Virus record (IMG/VR): IMGVR_UViG_3300036773_000096
Location: 1-64,000 of that record
Strand: one strand, 5' to 3'
DNA length: 64,000 bases
Source: a virus
Position 1 is the stretch's first letter. Every line of letters starts with the position of its first letter. The position numbers and the translations under genes were made by a program. Under the pieces are notes generated by a model that searched no databases, had not been told where the DNA came from, and saw nothing but the letters and a program-made list of their open reading frames with translations. Shown in pieces: positions 1 through 9,191 of the stretch.

Positions 1-11
1 TGATCGCGGGT

Positions 12-1091
12 GTGGCTTTTTTCGTCTTCGGGGGGCGCGGGCGCGGAGGTGCTGTTACTGCGGGAGCCTCTAGTGGCGTTGCCACGGTGGTGCGCACCTC
101 GGCATTGATCGGTGTGGGGTTGGTGCGCGCTGCCGCGTCGATGCCGGGTGTTCCGGGCTCTGCGGGGCGTCGGGCTCGGCGTCGCGGTGCGGTCGGCTCG
201 CCGGCCCCGGTGCGCTCGGTGACGCGCACGGCACTGCCGAGCTTCGGTGGACCATCGGTCGGTGGCCAGTCGGTGCCGGCGGAGTTCACGGGCACGACGG
301 TGTCGTCTCCGCTGGGTCGGATGTTCGGTCGGGCGCCGCGCGTGCTGTCGGAGCAGTCGATGAGCACGGCGGGGTATGCCTACGCGCCGGGTGCGGGCTA
401 TTCGACTACTGCGAGCCAGCCTCAGTCACTGCTGTCTCGGGTGTTTCGGGGCTCGGTGGCACCGGGTGCGGCACCGATGACGGAAGTCCGTTCATCGTGG
501 CGGGCTCGGCTGATGGGCGCTCCGGCGACGGTGATGACCCCGGCGGTGGCGGCGTCGAACATGCCACTGTTGGAGTCTGGGCGGGGTTATGGCCGCACGG
601 CGTCGGCGCTGTTCGGGTCGAGTGCACCGTCAGCGTATTTCGCGAACCCCGGTGCGGATCTGGGCATTGTGGGCAAGCTGCGGCGGCGTAGTTTCCGCTC
701 CGCCCCGGTGATCGGTGGCCGCCGGGTGGCGGGCAGTGATGTGCCCATTGAGTGGCTGGTGGACACGTTGACGAACCGGTGGATCCGGCGGATGCGCAAC
801 GCCACCACTGATGATCAGGTGTTCAACGCGTTTCGGTCGGTTAAGGGTCGCAAGTGCCGCTACTGCGCGGTGGGGTTCCTGTGGGATGAGTCGGACCCTA
901 ATGGTTGGTACAACGGCGGGACGTGGGCGGTGCCCCGGTGGCGTCACCGTGACCAGGAAGCCCTCTATGACCGCTACGGCCTTGAGTTCTTGTGGAACAT
1001 CTCGAACATTTACGAGGCCAAGTCAATGAATCTGAAGCAGATCGCTGACCTGGTGGAGAAGGAATGCCAGGGCGGGGAGATTCCGAAGTAG
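12..1091 (+). CDS. hypothetical protein; Arg/Ser/Gly-rich low-complexity N-terminus, globular C-terminal domain (may begin upstream of window)
   Basis: Long ORF; C-terminus has CRYCAVGFL...NLKQIADLVE; start uncertain. Confidence 0.55.
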   Translation: MAFFVFGGRGRGGAVTAGASSGVATVVRTSALIGVGLVRAAASMPGVPGSAGRRARRRGAVGSPAPVRSVTRTALPSFGGPSVGGQSVPAEFTGTTVSSPLGRMFGRAPRVLSEQSMSTAGYAYAPGAGYSTTASQPQSLLSRVFRGSVAPGAAPMTEVRSSWRARLMGAPATVMTPAVAASNMPLLESGRGYGRTASALFGSSAPSAYFANPGADLGIVGKLRRRSFRSAPVIGGRRVAGSDVPIEWLVDTLTNRWIRRMRNATTDDQVFNAFRSVKGRKCRYCAVGFLWDESDPNGWYNGGTWAVPRWRHRDQEALYDRYGLEFLWNISNIYEAKSMNLKQIADLVEKECQGGEIPK

Positions 1092-1100
1092 GAAGGGGTG

Positions 1101-1262
1101 GTGAGTGTGCGGGCACAGATTGAGGTTGAGGAGATGATGGGTCGGTTCTCGGCTATCACTGTCGATGACGATGATCGGGCCATTGGGGTGCAGGAGGCCC
1201 TTCGCTGGGTGATGTTCCCGGAGATCGGCAACGAGTCGCTGTTGGAGAATCTGCCGGGATGA
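1101..1262 (+). CDS. small hypothetical protein (53 aa, MSVRAQIEVEEMMG...)
   Basis: Read by hand; GAAGGGG RBS-like element before GTG; ATGA overlap with next gene. Confidence 0.6.
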   Translation: MSVRAQIEVEEMMGRFSAITVDDDDRAIGVQEALRWVMFPEIGNESLLENLPG

Positions 1263-1471
1263 CGATTCATCGGGAGCGGGTTGCACGCAAGCGCCACGCT
1301 TGTGACCGGTGTACGGATCCGATCCTGCCCGGTCAGCGGTACTGGTCGTGCAGCCTGCCTCCCGGTGATGTCGATGTGGGTAATACGAACTGGTGGCACA
1401 GCAAGGCGCATCTCATTCCGGGGTGCGCCTGGTGGGCGATGCGTCCGGGAGAGGTGGCACACGATGACTGA
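1259..1471 (+). CDS. small Cys/His-rich putative Zn-binding protein
   Basis: ARKRHACDRC...I.PGQRY motif; 4-nt overlap with upstream ORF. Confidence 0.7.
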   Translation: MTIHRERVARKRHACDRCTDPILPGQRYWSCSLPPGDVDVGNTNWWHSKAHLIPGCAWWAMRPGEVAHDD

Positions 1472-2039
1472 ACGCGGTGACCGGTATATGGCTGGCGGTG
1501 GGTTGATCAATGCGGAGAATCTGGGACTGACTCCGGTGGTGAAGCATGCCACGGTCAGCGGGCATGTGTTCCGCATGGAGGGCGGTGTGTTTATGGTGGG
1601 GTTGATCTACCACCCGCGTTTCAGTCACTGGCATCCTCCCGGTGGGCATGTGGAGGGTGATGAGACACCGGAGTGGGCGGTGTACCGGGAGGTGCTGGAG
1701 GAGACGGGTCTGAGGGGTTTGCGGATGGTGTGTCCGCGCGGCCCGGTGATTCCCCCGTTGCCGATGGAGCCGCACCGGCCGTTGGTGGTGGCGCGTCCGT
1801 GGTGGGTGGTCGAGGAGCACGTGGGGCCGGACAGTCATACGACGCATCCGCATTTCCACATTGATCACCACTATCTGCTGGTGGTGAGGGAGCCGGACGT
1901 CGCGCATTCCGGTGAGCACCCATTCCGGTGGTTCACGCAGGAGGAAGTGCTGTCGCTGGATATGTATTACGATTTCCGTGAGTTGACGTTGGCCATGTTT
2001 CGGTTGCACGAATTGGAGTGGGCGTCGAATGACCAATGA
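1464..2039 (+). CDS. Nudix hydrolase
   Basis: Nudix box GGHVEGDETPEWAVYREVLEETGL; start moved to ATG 1464 after GAGGTGG RBS. Confidence 0.9.
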   Translation: MTERGDRYMAGGGLINAENLGLTPVVKHATVSGHVFRMEGGVFMVGLIYHPRFSHWHPPGGHVEGDETPEWAVYREVLEETGLRGLRMVCPRGPVIPPLPMEPHRPLVVARPWWVVEEHVGPDSHTTHPHFHIDHHYLLVVREPDVAHSGEHPFRWFTQEEVLSLDMYYDFRELTLAMFRLHELEWASNDQ

Positions 2040-2394
2040 GGCCAATGGGCGACTGAAGCTCGATGTGGTGGAGGTGGATCCGGCGTCGCTGCCCGCTGAC
2101 CTGGAGGGGGCGCTGGCGGCGTTGGATGCCGCGCAGCCGTTCGAGCCTGATTCGGAGCCGGCGCCGATGGTGGTGCGTGAGCTGCGGTCGCGGTACTGGA
2201 TCGGTGGGTGCGGTGCCCTGAACTTCGGAGTGAAGGTCACCGAGGGGGTGCCGGGTCAGTTCGATGGTGTCCCGCTTGAGCCGCGCGAGGTGGCGTGTGT
2301 GATCACCTCCCACAATCACAAGATCACCATATGGCCGGTCGACGCGGGTATCTACGAGCAGTGGACCGCCGACGGTGACGACGACGAGGGGTGA
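2029..2394 (+). CDS. hypothetical protein
   Basis: Coupled ORF in operon. Confidence 0.6.
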   Translation: MTNEANGRLKLDVVEVDPASLPADLEGALAALDAAQPFEPDSEPAPMVVRELRSRYWIGGCGALNFGVKVTEGVPGQFDGVPLEPREVACVITSHNHKITIWPVDAGIYEQWTADGDDDEG

Positions 2395-2465
2395 GTGAGG
2401 GCTGGTGGCAGATCGTGGTGGTGTTCGCGGTGACAGCGCTGATCATGCGGGCGGTGCTGTGGTGA
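2391..2465 (+). CDS. 24-aa single-TM peptide (MSEGWWQIVVVFAVTALIMRAVLW)
   Basis: Read by hand; GTGA overlap with upstream stop; hydrophobic. Confidence 0.45.
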   Translation: MSEGWWQIVVVFAVTALIMRAVLW

Positions 2466-2472
2466 GTGACCT

Positions 2473-3816
2473 ATGGGAGGTGGTGGGGTGATGGTGGCTT
2501 TCGAGGTGACAACCGAGGCGCCGACGGTGTCGGGTTTCGAGTACGGCCCGCAACAGCGCGAGGCGCTGGAGGCGGTGCAGCGATGGTGGGATGACGAATA
2601 CGCGACGCAGGTGTTCAAGCTGTTCGGCTTCGCCGGCACGGGCAAGACCAGCTCGGCAAAGGCCATCGTGGCCGACCTGGGTGTTGGCGATGCGTCGTTC
2701 GCCGCGTTCACCGGTAAGGCCGCGCACGTGCTGCGCCAGAAGGGGTGCCCGGCGACAACGATCCACTCCCTGATCTACAAGCCGTATGACAAGGCCCTGG
2801 AGGAGTTGCAGCGCCTGCGTGCGGAGCTGGCCGAGGAGACCAACCCCGGTGAGCGGGCGCGGTTGGTGCGCGAGATCCGCGATGAGGAGATCAACCTGGG
2901 TAAGCCTGGGTGGGTGCTGAACCACGAGTCGGACCTGGCGGGGTCGCAGCTGTTGATTCTGGATGAGGCGTCGATGGTCAACGCCGAGATGGCCAGTGAC
3001 CTACTGAGCTTCGGTGCCCGGATCATCGTGTTGGGTGACCCGGCACAGCTGCCGCCCGTGTCGGGGGCCGGGTATTTCACATCAGGGGAGCCGGACTACC
3101 TGCTCACCGAGGTGCACCGCACGGCCGCCGAGCAGCCCACCACGAAGATCGCCACGGCGGTGCGCAACGCCCCGGTGGGGGATCGACTGCTGGGTGTGCG
3201 GGGTCTGGTGGGTGACTACTCGGGTCGCTGCGGGCCGCTGAGTGTCGCGGCGATGGCTGATTACGATCAGGTGGTGGTGGGCACCAACCGGATCCGGTGG
3301 CAGCTCATTCGGGCGATCCGCATGCACCTTAGGCGGGGCCCGGCGCCTGTGGCGGGGGATCGGGTCATCACGCTGGCCAACTCGCGGGAGGCGAACGTTT
3401 TCAACGGCCAGCAGTTCACGGTGCTGGAGTGCCGGGCTGAGGGTCGCAAGTATGTGATGCGGGTGCTCGATGGTGACTTCGAGCGGGAGCTGATCGCACA
3501 TCAGGGCGGGTTCACCAACCTTGAGGGCGAGCAGGTCGCGGTGAAGAACGGCCGGGGGCCGATCGCGGCGGCGACGTTCGCCCAGGCGATCACGTGCCAT
3601 AAGTCGCAGGGTTCGGAGTGGCCGCGCGTGTTGGTCGTTGATGAGGCTGACGTGTTCGGGTCGGGCCGGTATAAGGACGCGATGCGCGACGGTGCGAGCG
3701 CGCAGGAGGCCCTGGAGGCGTCCTACGCGGTGGCGAGGTCGTGGCTCTACACGGCGGTGACCCGCGCGCAGGATCAGGTGAGCATCGTGTCCAAGGGTTC
3801 GTTGAGGCTGACGTGA
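2473..3816 (+). CDS. SF1B helicase, RecD2/Dda-like
   Basis: GFAGTGKT Walker A, ILDEASMV, GDPAQLPPV, TCHKSQGSEW, YTAVTRA. Confidence 0.92.
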   Translation: MGGGGVMVAFEVTTEAPTVSGFEYGPQQREALEAVQRWWDDEYATQVFKLFGFAGTGKTSSAKAIVADLGVGDASFAAFTGKAAHVLRQKGCPATTIHSLIYKPYDKALEELQRLRAELAEETNPGERARLVREIRDEEINLGKPGWVLNHESDLAGSQLLILDEASMVNAEMASDLLSFGARIIVLGDPAQLPPVSGAGYFTSGEPDYLLTEVHRTAAEQPTTKIATAVRNAPVGDRLLGVRGLVGDYSGRCGPLSVAAMADYDQVVVGTNRIRWQLIRAIRMHLRRGPAPVAGDRVITLANSREANVFNGQQFTVLECRAEGRKYVMRVLDGDFERELIAHQGGFTNLEGEQVAVKNGRGPIAAATFAQAITCHKSQGSEWPRVLVVDEADVFGSGRYKDAMRDGASAQEALEASYAVARSWLYTAVTRAQDQVSIVSKGSLRLT

Positions 3817-4079
3817 GCACGCCGTTGCCGTTCCCAGTGCCTCCGCCGGGCAGCGTTTATGCCCAAATGTGGATGGCGGAACTGTCCGACGACGAGCGGA
3901 CGGGCCTGCCGGGGCAGTATCACCGCCCGCACTTCGACAGCCTGGGTGTGCCGCCCGCGTGGATCTGTGAGGCGTGCTGGAGCGACGGCTGCACGACGGC
4001 GTGGCCGTGCGCTGCGGTCATCTGCCGCGAGGATGGTCTCGCGCTGGCCGAGTCACTGAACCTGGGGTGTTCGCGGTGA
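3813..4079 (+). CDS. hypothetical protein
   Basis: GTGA coupling on both sides; CEAC...WPC motif. Confidence 0.6.
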   Translation: MSTPLPFPVPPPGSVYAQMWMAELSDDERTGLPGQYHRPHFDSLGVPPAWICEACWSDGCTTAWPCAAVICREDGLALAESLNLGCSR

Positions 4080-4390
4080 TCGCTGCGGCGCCGAAGGTCT
4101 TGTGCTGCCCGGATTGCAGTGCGCGTCCGGGTGAGGAGCACCGGGGGCTTTGTGATGTGGCGCGATGTTCGGTGACGGGCTGGCAGGAGGTGCAGTGTGC
4201 GCTGCCGGCGGGCGCGCATCCGCCGACGACGTGGACTGGGTTGTGGCCTGGGGTGTTGGAGTGCCGGGAGTACGGGTGGTTCACGGAGGGGGCGCACGGG
4301 ATGACGGAGGATCTGAACCGTTTGGCGAAGGCTGCCGCCAATGGTGAGCTGGTGTGGTCGGTGCGGTTGCAACGGTGGTTCCGCGCGTGA
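4076..4390 (+). CDS. Cys-rich hypothetical protein
   Basis: CPDC...CDVARC...WTGLWPGVLECREYGW; coupled. Confidence 0.65.
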   Translation: MIAAAPKVLCCPDCSARPGEEHRGLCDVARCSVTGWQEVQCALPAGAHPPTTWTGLWPGVLECREYGWFTEGAHGMTEDLNRLAKAAANGELVWSVRLQRWFRA

Positions 4391-6363
4391 CCGTCAAGCC
4401 GCAGACCGTCAGGCCGCAGGTCGGCATCGACGGCCGGGGCCGTTTGGTGGCGGCGAACGTGTTCCCGTGGCATGAGGCGATCAAGGATCTACCGGGCGCG
4501 TACTGGGCGGGGGGTAGGCCGCCGGGGTGGGCGATGCCGGTGTCGCCGGGGACGGCCGCCGCACTGTTGACGATCTTGTCGGAGTCGGGTGCGATGGTGT
4601 CGCCGCGCGTGATGGCGCTGGCCACTGAGGCGCACTCGCGGGAAGCGCGGCGCTCGCTGGCCGCTGACGAGTCGGCGCCACTGCCGGAGCTGGCTTGGCA
4701 CGAGATCTTGGCGACCGATCCGTGGGCGCACCAGAAGCGGGGCATCAACTACCTGGGTGACTGCACGTGCGCGGCGATCGGCGCTGGCATGGGCACCGGT
4801 AAGTCGCTGATGGTGGTGGGCGGAATGAACCTGCTCAACATCAAAAAGGCGCTGATGGTGGTGCCGACGGCGACGTTCGGGGTGTTCCCGCGTGAGCTGC
4901 GGTTGCACTCGAACCGGGAGTGGCACGTCGATAACGGGACGCGCTACACGCGGCGTAAGACGATTAAGAAGCTGACCTTGGAGGAACGCTTCGCTGCGAT
5001 GCGCGAGCTGTATGCGTGCAGCTGTGGGCGCCCGCACGCGTGCATCGTGGGCTATGAGGCCCTGGTGGCCGATCCCTTGGCGAGCGCCGACCTGGCGTCG
5101 ATGGGCGTGCAGCTGGTCGTTTACGACGAAGCACACCGGCTGAAATCGGCGGGTGGGGCGATGTCGCGCACGGCCGCGTCATGGGTCAATCAGATTGAGC
5201 GTCGCTGGGGACTGTCGGGGACGCTGATGCCCCAGACCCCAGCGGACATCTACGGCACTTACCGGGCGTTGGACCCGTCGATTTTCGGGACGAACTACAC
5301 CGAGTTCGCTACCGAGTTCATTGTCACCCGCAAGACCGCTGACGGGCTGCGGGAGTTCCCGGTGGATGTGCGCAAGACCAAACGCCTGGAGTTCTCCCAG
5401 CGGTTCCATTCGATCGCCTATGTGCCGGAGGTGGATCTGGAGCTGCCCCCGGTGACGCACACCATCCGTGCGTTCGAGTTGGAGCCCAAGGCTCGGATGG
5501 CTTACGACGCGATCCGCGACACCGGGGTCGCGGAGATCACCGCTGCGGCGGTGGCGGCCGGCGGGGAGGCCACCCCGGACGGTGATGTGCGCACGGTGAC
5601 GCCGGCCAACGCTGGGGTGGAGCGACTGCGGTGGGCGCAGATCACGGGTGGTGCGGTCACTGACGACGATGGCCGGGTCACGGTGGTGTCCACGGCGAAG
5701 GTCGACGCGCTGGGTGTGCTGCTTGATGAGGTGGGGTGCCGCAAGGGTGGCCATGATGGCCGTTCGCGGCCGGAGCCGGTGGTGGTGTTCTGTAAATACT
5801 CCCCGCACCTGGCCGCTGTTGAGCGCCTGGGCAAGAAGCTGGGGTTGCGGTATCGGGAGATCTCGGGTCCGCGTAAGGACGGGTTGGACGCTGACGCGAA
5901 GATGCACCCGGAGTGTGACCTGCTGGGTGTGCAGATCGCAGCCGGCGGGGTGGGTATCGATCTGACCCGGTCGCGGATTTGCGTGTGGTATTCGGTGGGT
6001 GGAGAACTCTGGCTTTTTCAACAAGCCCAAAAGCGACTGGATCGACCGGGGCAGACCCGGTCGGTGGCCAACTTCTACCTGATCGCCGAGAACACCGTCG
6101 ACGCTGATGTCTACACGGCGCTGGCTCGCAAAGAGAACATCATCGAGTCGGTAGAGCGCGCTTACTTAAATCACGTGGCGGAGCGGGCGAGTAGTGAGCT
6201 GCCGAAGATGGAGGTCCCGCCGGGCTCGGTGCGTGGTGAGTTGCCGAACCTGCCGGCGTGGTTGCGTAAGGGTTCTGATGTCGACGCGCCGCGTCCGGTC
6301 CCGGATGCCGAGCGTGAGGCGGAGCAGTATGCGCTGGCCCTAGGTGGGCTGGAAGGATTCTGA
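4387..6363 (+). CDS. SNF2-family (SF2) helicase
   Basis: GMGTGKS, YDEAHRLK, LSGTLMPQ, AGGVGIDL, QAQKRLDRPGQ. Confidence 0.92.
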   Translation: MTVKPQTVRPQVGIDGRGRLVAANVFPWHEAIKDLPGAYWAGGRPPGWAMPVSPGTAAALLTILSESGAMVSPRVMALATEAHSREARRSLAADESAPLPELAWHEILATDPWAHQKRGINYLGDCTCAAIGAGMGTGKSLMVVGGMNLLNIKKALMVVPTATFGVFPRELRLHSNREWHVDNGTRYTRRKTIKKLTLEERFAAMRELYACSCGRPHACIVGYEALVADPLASADLASMGVQLVVYDEAHRLKSAGGAMSRTAASWVNQIERRWGLSGTLMPQTPADIYGTYRALDPSIFGTNYTEFATEFIVTRKTADGLREFPVDVRKTKRLEFSQRFHSIAYVPEVDLELPPVTHTIRAFELEPKARMAYDAIRDTGVAEITAAAVAAGGEATPDGDVRTVTPANAGVERLRWAQITGGAVTDDDGRVTVVSTAKVDALGVLLDEVGCRKGGHDGRSRPEPVVVFCKYSPHLAAVERLGKKLGLRYREISGPRKDGLDADAKMHPECDLLGVQIAAGGVGIDLTRSRICVWYSVGGELWLFQQAQKRLDRPGQTRSVANFYLIAENTVDADVYTALARKENIIESVERAYLNHVAERASSELPKMEVPPGSVRGELPNLPAWLRKGSDVDAPRPVPDAEREAEQYALALGGLEGF

Positions 6364-6364
6364 C

Positions 6365-6655
6365 ATGGCGAGACTGTGGGATAAGTATTTGGTGCAGCGC
6401 CGCGACGGGACGGTGCCCGACTGGCCCTACTTCGTGATTGGTGCTTCGGATCCGGCCGCGTCGGCCGCGCTGGATGCGTACGCGGAAGCAGCTTTGACGT
6501 GGGGGATGGATCCGGATTACTGCGATGATGTTCGCCGGCTGGCTGACCGTTTCCGGCAGTGGCAGGGCAGGGAGGGCGATCCGGATGCGCCGAAACATCG
6601 GGTAGATGATCCGGAGACGGTCGCCCGGATTCATCCACGGGCGAGCAGCCTGTAG
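6365..6655 (+). CDS. hypothetical protein
   Basis: ORF following helicase, ATG at 6365. Confidence 0.65.
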   Translation: MARLWDKYLVQRRDGTVPDWPYFVIGASDPAASAALDAYAEAALTWGMDPDYCDDVRRLADRFRQWQGREGDPDAPKHRVDDPETVARIHPRASSL

Positions 6656-6670
6656 ACGGTCGGACCCTCC

Positions 6671-6693
6671 CGGTAGACTGAGGTTCGTTCCGG
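6671..6693 (+). promoter_or_regulatory. conserved element copy 1 (CGGTAGACT-N7-GTTCCGG)
   Basis: Extended -10-like box, 7-nt spacer, GTTCCGG; intergenic, upstream of GGAGG RBS. Confidence 0.7.
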
Positions 6694-6715
6694 CTCGCAA
6701 TGTGGAGGTTCGTCC

Positions 6716-6982
6716 GTGGAAGCGTTGGGCAGGGTCACCCCGTGCGGGGTGTGTCGGGCGCTGGTGATGGTGGCGACGACCGACAATGGCGTGCCGATGG
6801 CGGTGGAACCGGAGCCGCACCCTGACGGGATGCTCGAAGTGGCGTGGCGTTCTCAGGTGCTGCGGGTGCGCACGGTGCCCCGCGTCGATCGTGAGATCGT
6901 GCGCAAGACGCGGGGCGGGCTCTACCGGGCTCACCTGGCGTCGTGCAAGCCGGTGGCGAGCAACGGGGGGCGGCGGCGGTGA
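6716..6982 (+). CDS. hypothetical protein with CxxC
   Basis: RBS GGAGG; CGVC and HLASC. Confidence 0.65.
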   Translation: MEALGRVTPCGVCRALVMVATTDNGVPMAVEPEPHPDGMLEVAWRSQVLRVRTVPRVDREIVRKTRGGLYRAHLASCKPVASNGGRRR

Positions 6983-7839
6983 CGCATTGGAACGCGGGTG
7001 AGCGGTTGCTGTTCGACATCGAGTCGGACTCACCGGATCCCGATGAGGCGTTCATGATCCAGGCTGCGGTGGTTCATCTGGTGCCTGGCCGCGACCCGCG
7101 TGCGCTGAAGTGGCTGGTTCAGCCGCGCCGCGAGATTCCGGCCGACGCGGTGGCGGTGCACAAGATCACCACGGAGCGGGCGCAGCGCGAGGGTGAGCCT
7201 ATTGAGCATGTGATGCACGAGCTGCTTCACGTTTTGGCCGTGTGGGCGCCCGATGTGCCGATCATCGGGCACAACGTCGGCTATGACCTCACGCTGACCG
7301 ATCGCGAGTTGGGCCGCGCGATGGGTGTGGAGCTGCGGGTACGGGGTCCGGTGATTGACACGCTGTTGCTGGACAAGGCGTGCGATATGTACCGCCCCGG
7401 GGAGCGGACGCTGTCGAGTCAGTGCCGCCACTACGGCATCCCGTTGGGCGATGACGCGCACGATGCGATGGCGGACTGCCTGGCGGCTGGCCGGCTGGCG
7501 CACAAGATCACCGCGCGGTGTTGTAACAACACGTGGCCGCGCGGGAAGTGGCCGCCGAACAAGGCGACGAAGGCGGCGCGGGCGTTGATCGCGGGCGGGG
7601 ATGGTGCCGCGCTGCATGAGGCGCAGGTCCGGTGGCATGAGGAGGGCCAGCTGGGGCTGGCCGAGTACTGGCGCACTCCGAAGGCGCGGGAGAAGGCGCG
7701 GGAGAAGGTCGCGCGGGGCGACATGACTGAGGTGGAGTGCAAGGCGTGGATTGAGCAGCTGCCGGAGGCGGCGGATCGGGTGGCGGCGCAAGCCGTGGGG
7801 TGCTGGCCGTTGTTACCGAGGGTGCCCGCGACTACATAG
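6979..7839 (+). CDS. DEDDh 3'-5' exonuclease (DnaQ-like)
   Basis: FDIES (ExoI), GHNVGYDL (ExoII), HDAMADC (ExoIII). Confidence 0.9.
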   Translation: MTHWNAGERLLFDIESDSPDPDEAFMIQAAVVHLVPGRDPRALKWLVQPRREIPADAVAVHKITTERAQREGEPIEHVMHELLHVLAVWAPDVPIIGHNVGYDLTLTDRELGRAMGVELRVRGPVIDTLLLDKACDMYRPGERTLSSQCRHYGIPLGDDAHDAMADCLAAGRLAHKITARCCNNTWPRGKWPPNKATKAARALIAGGDGAALHEAQVRWHEEGQLGLAEYWRTPKAREKAREKVARGDMTEVECKAWIEQLPEAADRVAAQAVGCWPLLPRVPATT

Positions 7840-7841
7840 TG

Positions 7842-7864
7842 TGGTAAGTTGGGTCCTGTTCCGG
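7842..7864 (+). promoter_or_regulatory. conserved element copy 2 (TGGTAAGTT-N7-GTTCCGG)
   Basis: Same spacing; intergenic. Confidence 0.75.
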
Positions 7865-7892
7865 CACCCAACGTACCGAGGGAGAGACCGCG

Positions 7893-8453
7893 ATGGACCC
7901 TATTACCGACGACGACCTAGCCGGACTGCAAGCCTGGGCTCGGGGCGAAGCCGAAGACATCGACTGGGGCGAGATCTGCCTACCTCCCTGCACTGACCGG
8001 ATCCGCGCTGCGGCTAGCCGCAAGGTGCGCGTCGCGGCGATCACACGGGCCTACTACGACCCAGAGATGGTCACTCCGGACTCCGATCACCTCGACCGGG
8101 AGCGCCGCTGGGCGGCGGGTCAGGTGGTGCTGGTCAGCTCGGACGGCTCGATTCTGGCCACGTGGCGTTATGAGCAGGGCACGGTGCCGGCGCAGTACGA
8201 CGGGCGCACCCAGGGCCCCACGCGGCGTAAGCGTCGCCCGGCACACCAGACCGGGCCCCAGGACCATGACGGCCTGCTGCGGATGTTGCGCGAGGAGGGG
8301 GTGCACTACGAGCAGACGTCGCGTCACCTGCGTGTCCACGCCCCTGACGGGGCGAAGGTCTACATTCCGTCCACCCCCAGTAACGCTCGGGGGGTGCTGA
8401 ACTCGGTAGCTCTGCTTCGCAAACACGGATGCACCCTGCGTCACAACAGCTGA
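7893..8453 (+). CDS. two-domain protein; C-terminal HicA-like domain, N-terminal possible DUF4258/RelE-like domain
   Basis: C-term LREEGVHYEQTSRHLRVHAPDGAKVYIPSTPSN..GVLNSVALLRKHG fits phage HicA-like pattern; N-term call is weak. Confidence 0.55.
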   Translation: MDPITDDDLAGLQAWARGEAEDIDWGEICLPPCTDRIRAAASRKVRVAAITRAYYDPEMVTPDSDHLDRERRWAAGQVVLVSSDGSILATWRYEQGTVPAQYDGRTQGPTRRKRRPAHQTGPQDHDGLLRMLREEGVHYEQTSRHLRVHAPDGAKVYIPSTPSNARGVLNSVALLRKHGCTLRHNS

Positions 8454-8459
8454 TCAGTA

Positions 8460-8482
8460 TGGTAAGGTTTCATTTGTTCCGG
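8460..8482 (+). promoter_or_regulatory. conserved element copy 3 (TGGTAAGGT-N7-GTTCCGG)
   Basis: Same spacing; upstream of GAGGAG RBS. Confidence 0.75.
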
Positions 8483-8504
8483 TCCACTGAGTGAGGAGAT
8501 CTAG

Positions 8505-9077
8505 ATGTCTACTTCCGCTACCCAAAGTGAAGCCCCAGCCCTGGCCGTCGGCGACCCCGATCCGACCCCGCCGGCCCCGGCAAACATCAGCGTCGACCCG
8601 CAGCTATTTCGCCAGGTGCGTGCCTGGGAGGTCGAACGTAAGGAACACTCCCGCCGCATCAAGGAACTCGCCGTACTGATCGACGAGGGGCAGGCGCTGC
8701 TCACTGAGCAGTACGTTGCCGCTGGCACCGACGAGATCAAGCTCGACGGCGTCAAGGGCGCGCTGGGCTCGATGATCTGGGCGCGTAAGCGCGCTGAGGA
8801 GACCACGGCCGCTGAGGTGGCCGCCGCGCTGCGCGCCGACGGACTGGCCCACATGGTCACTCCGGAGGGCTACAACTCGAACACGCTCTCCGCGTGGCTG
8901 CGGGACCTCGAAGCAGAAGGCAAGCCGATTCCGCCGAACGTCGCGAAGCTGATCGAACCTTCCGAGGTGTGGAAGGTCGGCTTCACCAACTCGCGGCCGA
9001 GCCGGGCACGGGCCCGGATGTCCGGTGCTGTGAGTTCCGTGCTCGACGGTGCCCCTGACGGCGCGTCGGGCCGCTGA
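8505..9077 (+). CDS. hypothetical protein with N-terminal coiled coil
   Basis: RBS GAGGAG; helical heptads. Confidence 0.7.
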   Translation: MSTSATQSEAPALAVGDPDPTPPAPANISVDPQLFRQVRAWEVERKEHSRRIKELAVLIDEGQALLTEQYVAAGTDEIKLDGVKGALGSMIWARKRAEETTAAEVAAALRADGLAHMVTPEGYNSNTLSAWLRDLEAEGKPIPPNVAKLIEPSEVWKVGFTNSRPSRARARMSGAVSSVLDGAPDGASGR

Positions 9078-9082
9078 AACCT

Positions 9083-9119
9083 CCGGGCGCGGGGCAAGCT
9101 GAACGCTCCCCGCGCCCGG
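9083..9119 (+). terminator. GC-rich hairpin, probable terminator or processing site
   Basis: 12-bp perfect inverted repeat CCGGGCGCGGGG / CCCCGCGCCCGG just after stop; no clear U tract. Confidence 0.55.
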
Positions 9120-9191
9120 CTTGGAGGGTGGTGTTACCCCCCGGTGGGCAGTGGGTTCGCTGGGGTCTTCTAGCAGGAGGAGTGGTGGAAC

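Noticed and set aside
140-160. GTTCCGG inside coding regions (also near 12330 and 36840)
   Set aside because: No TAnnnT box 7 nt upstream; expected by chance at this GC content
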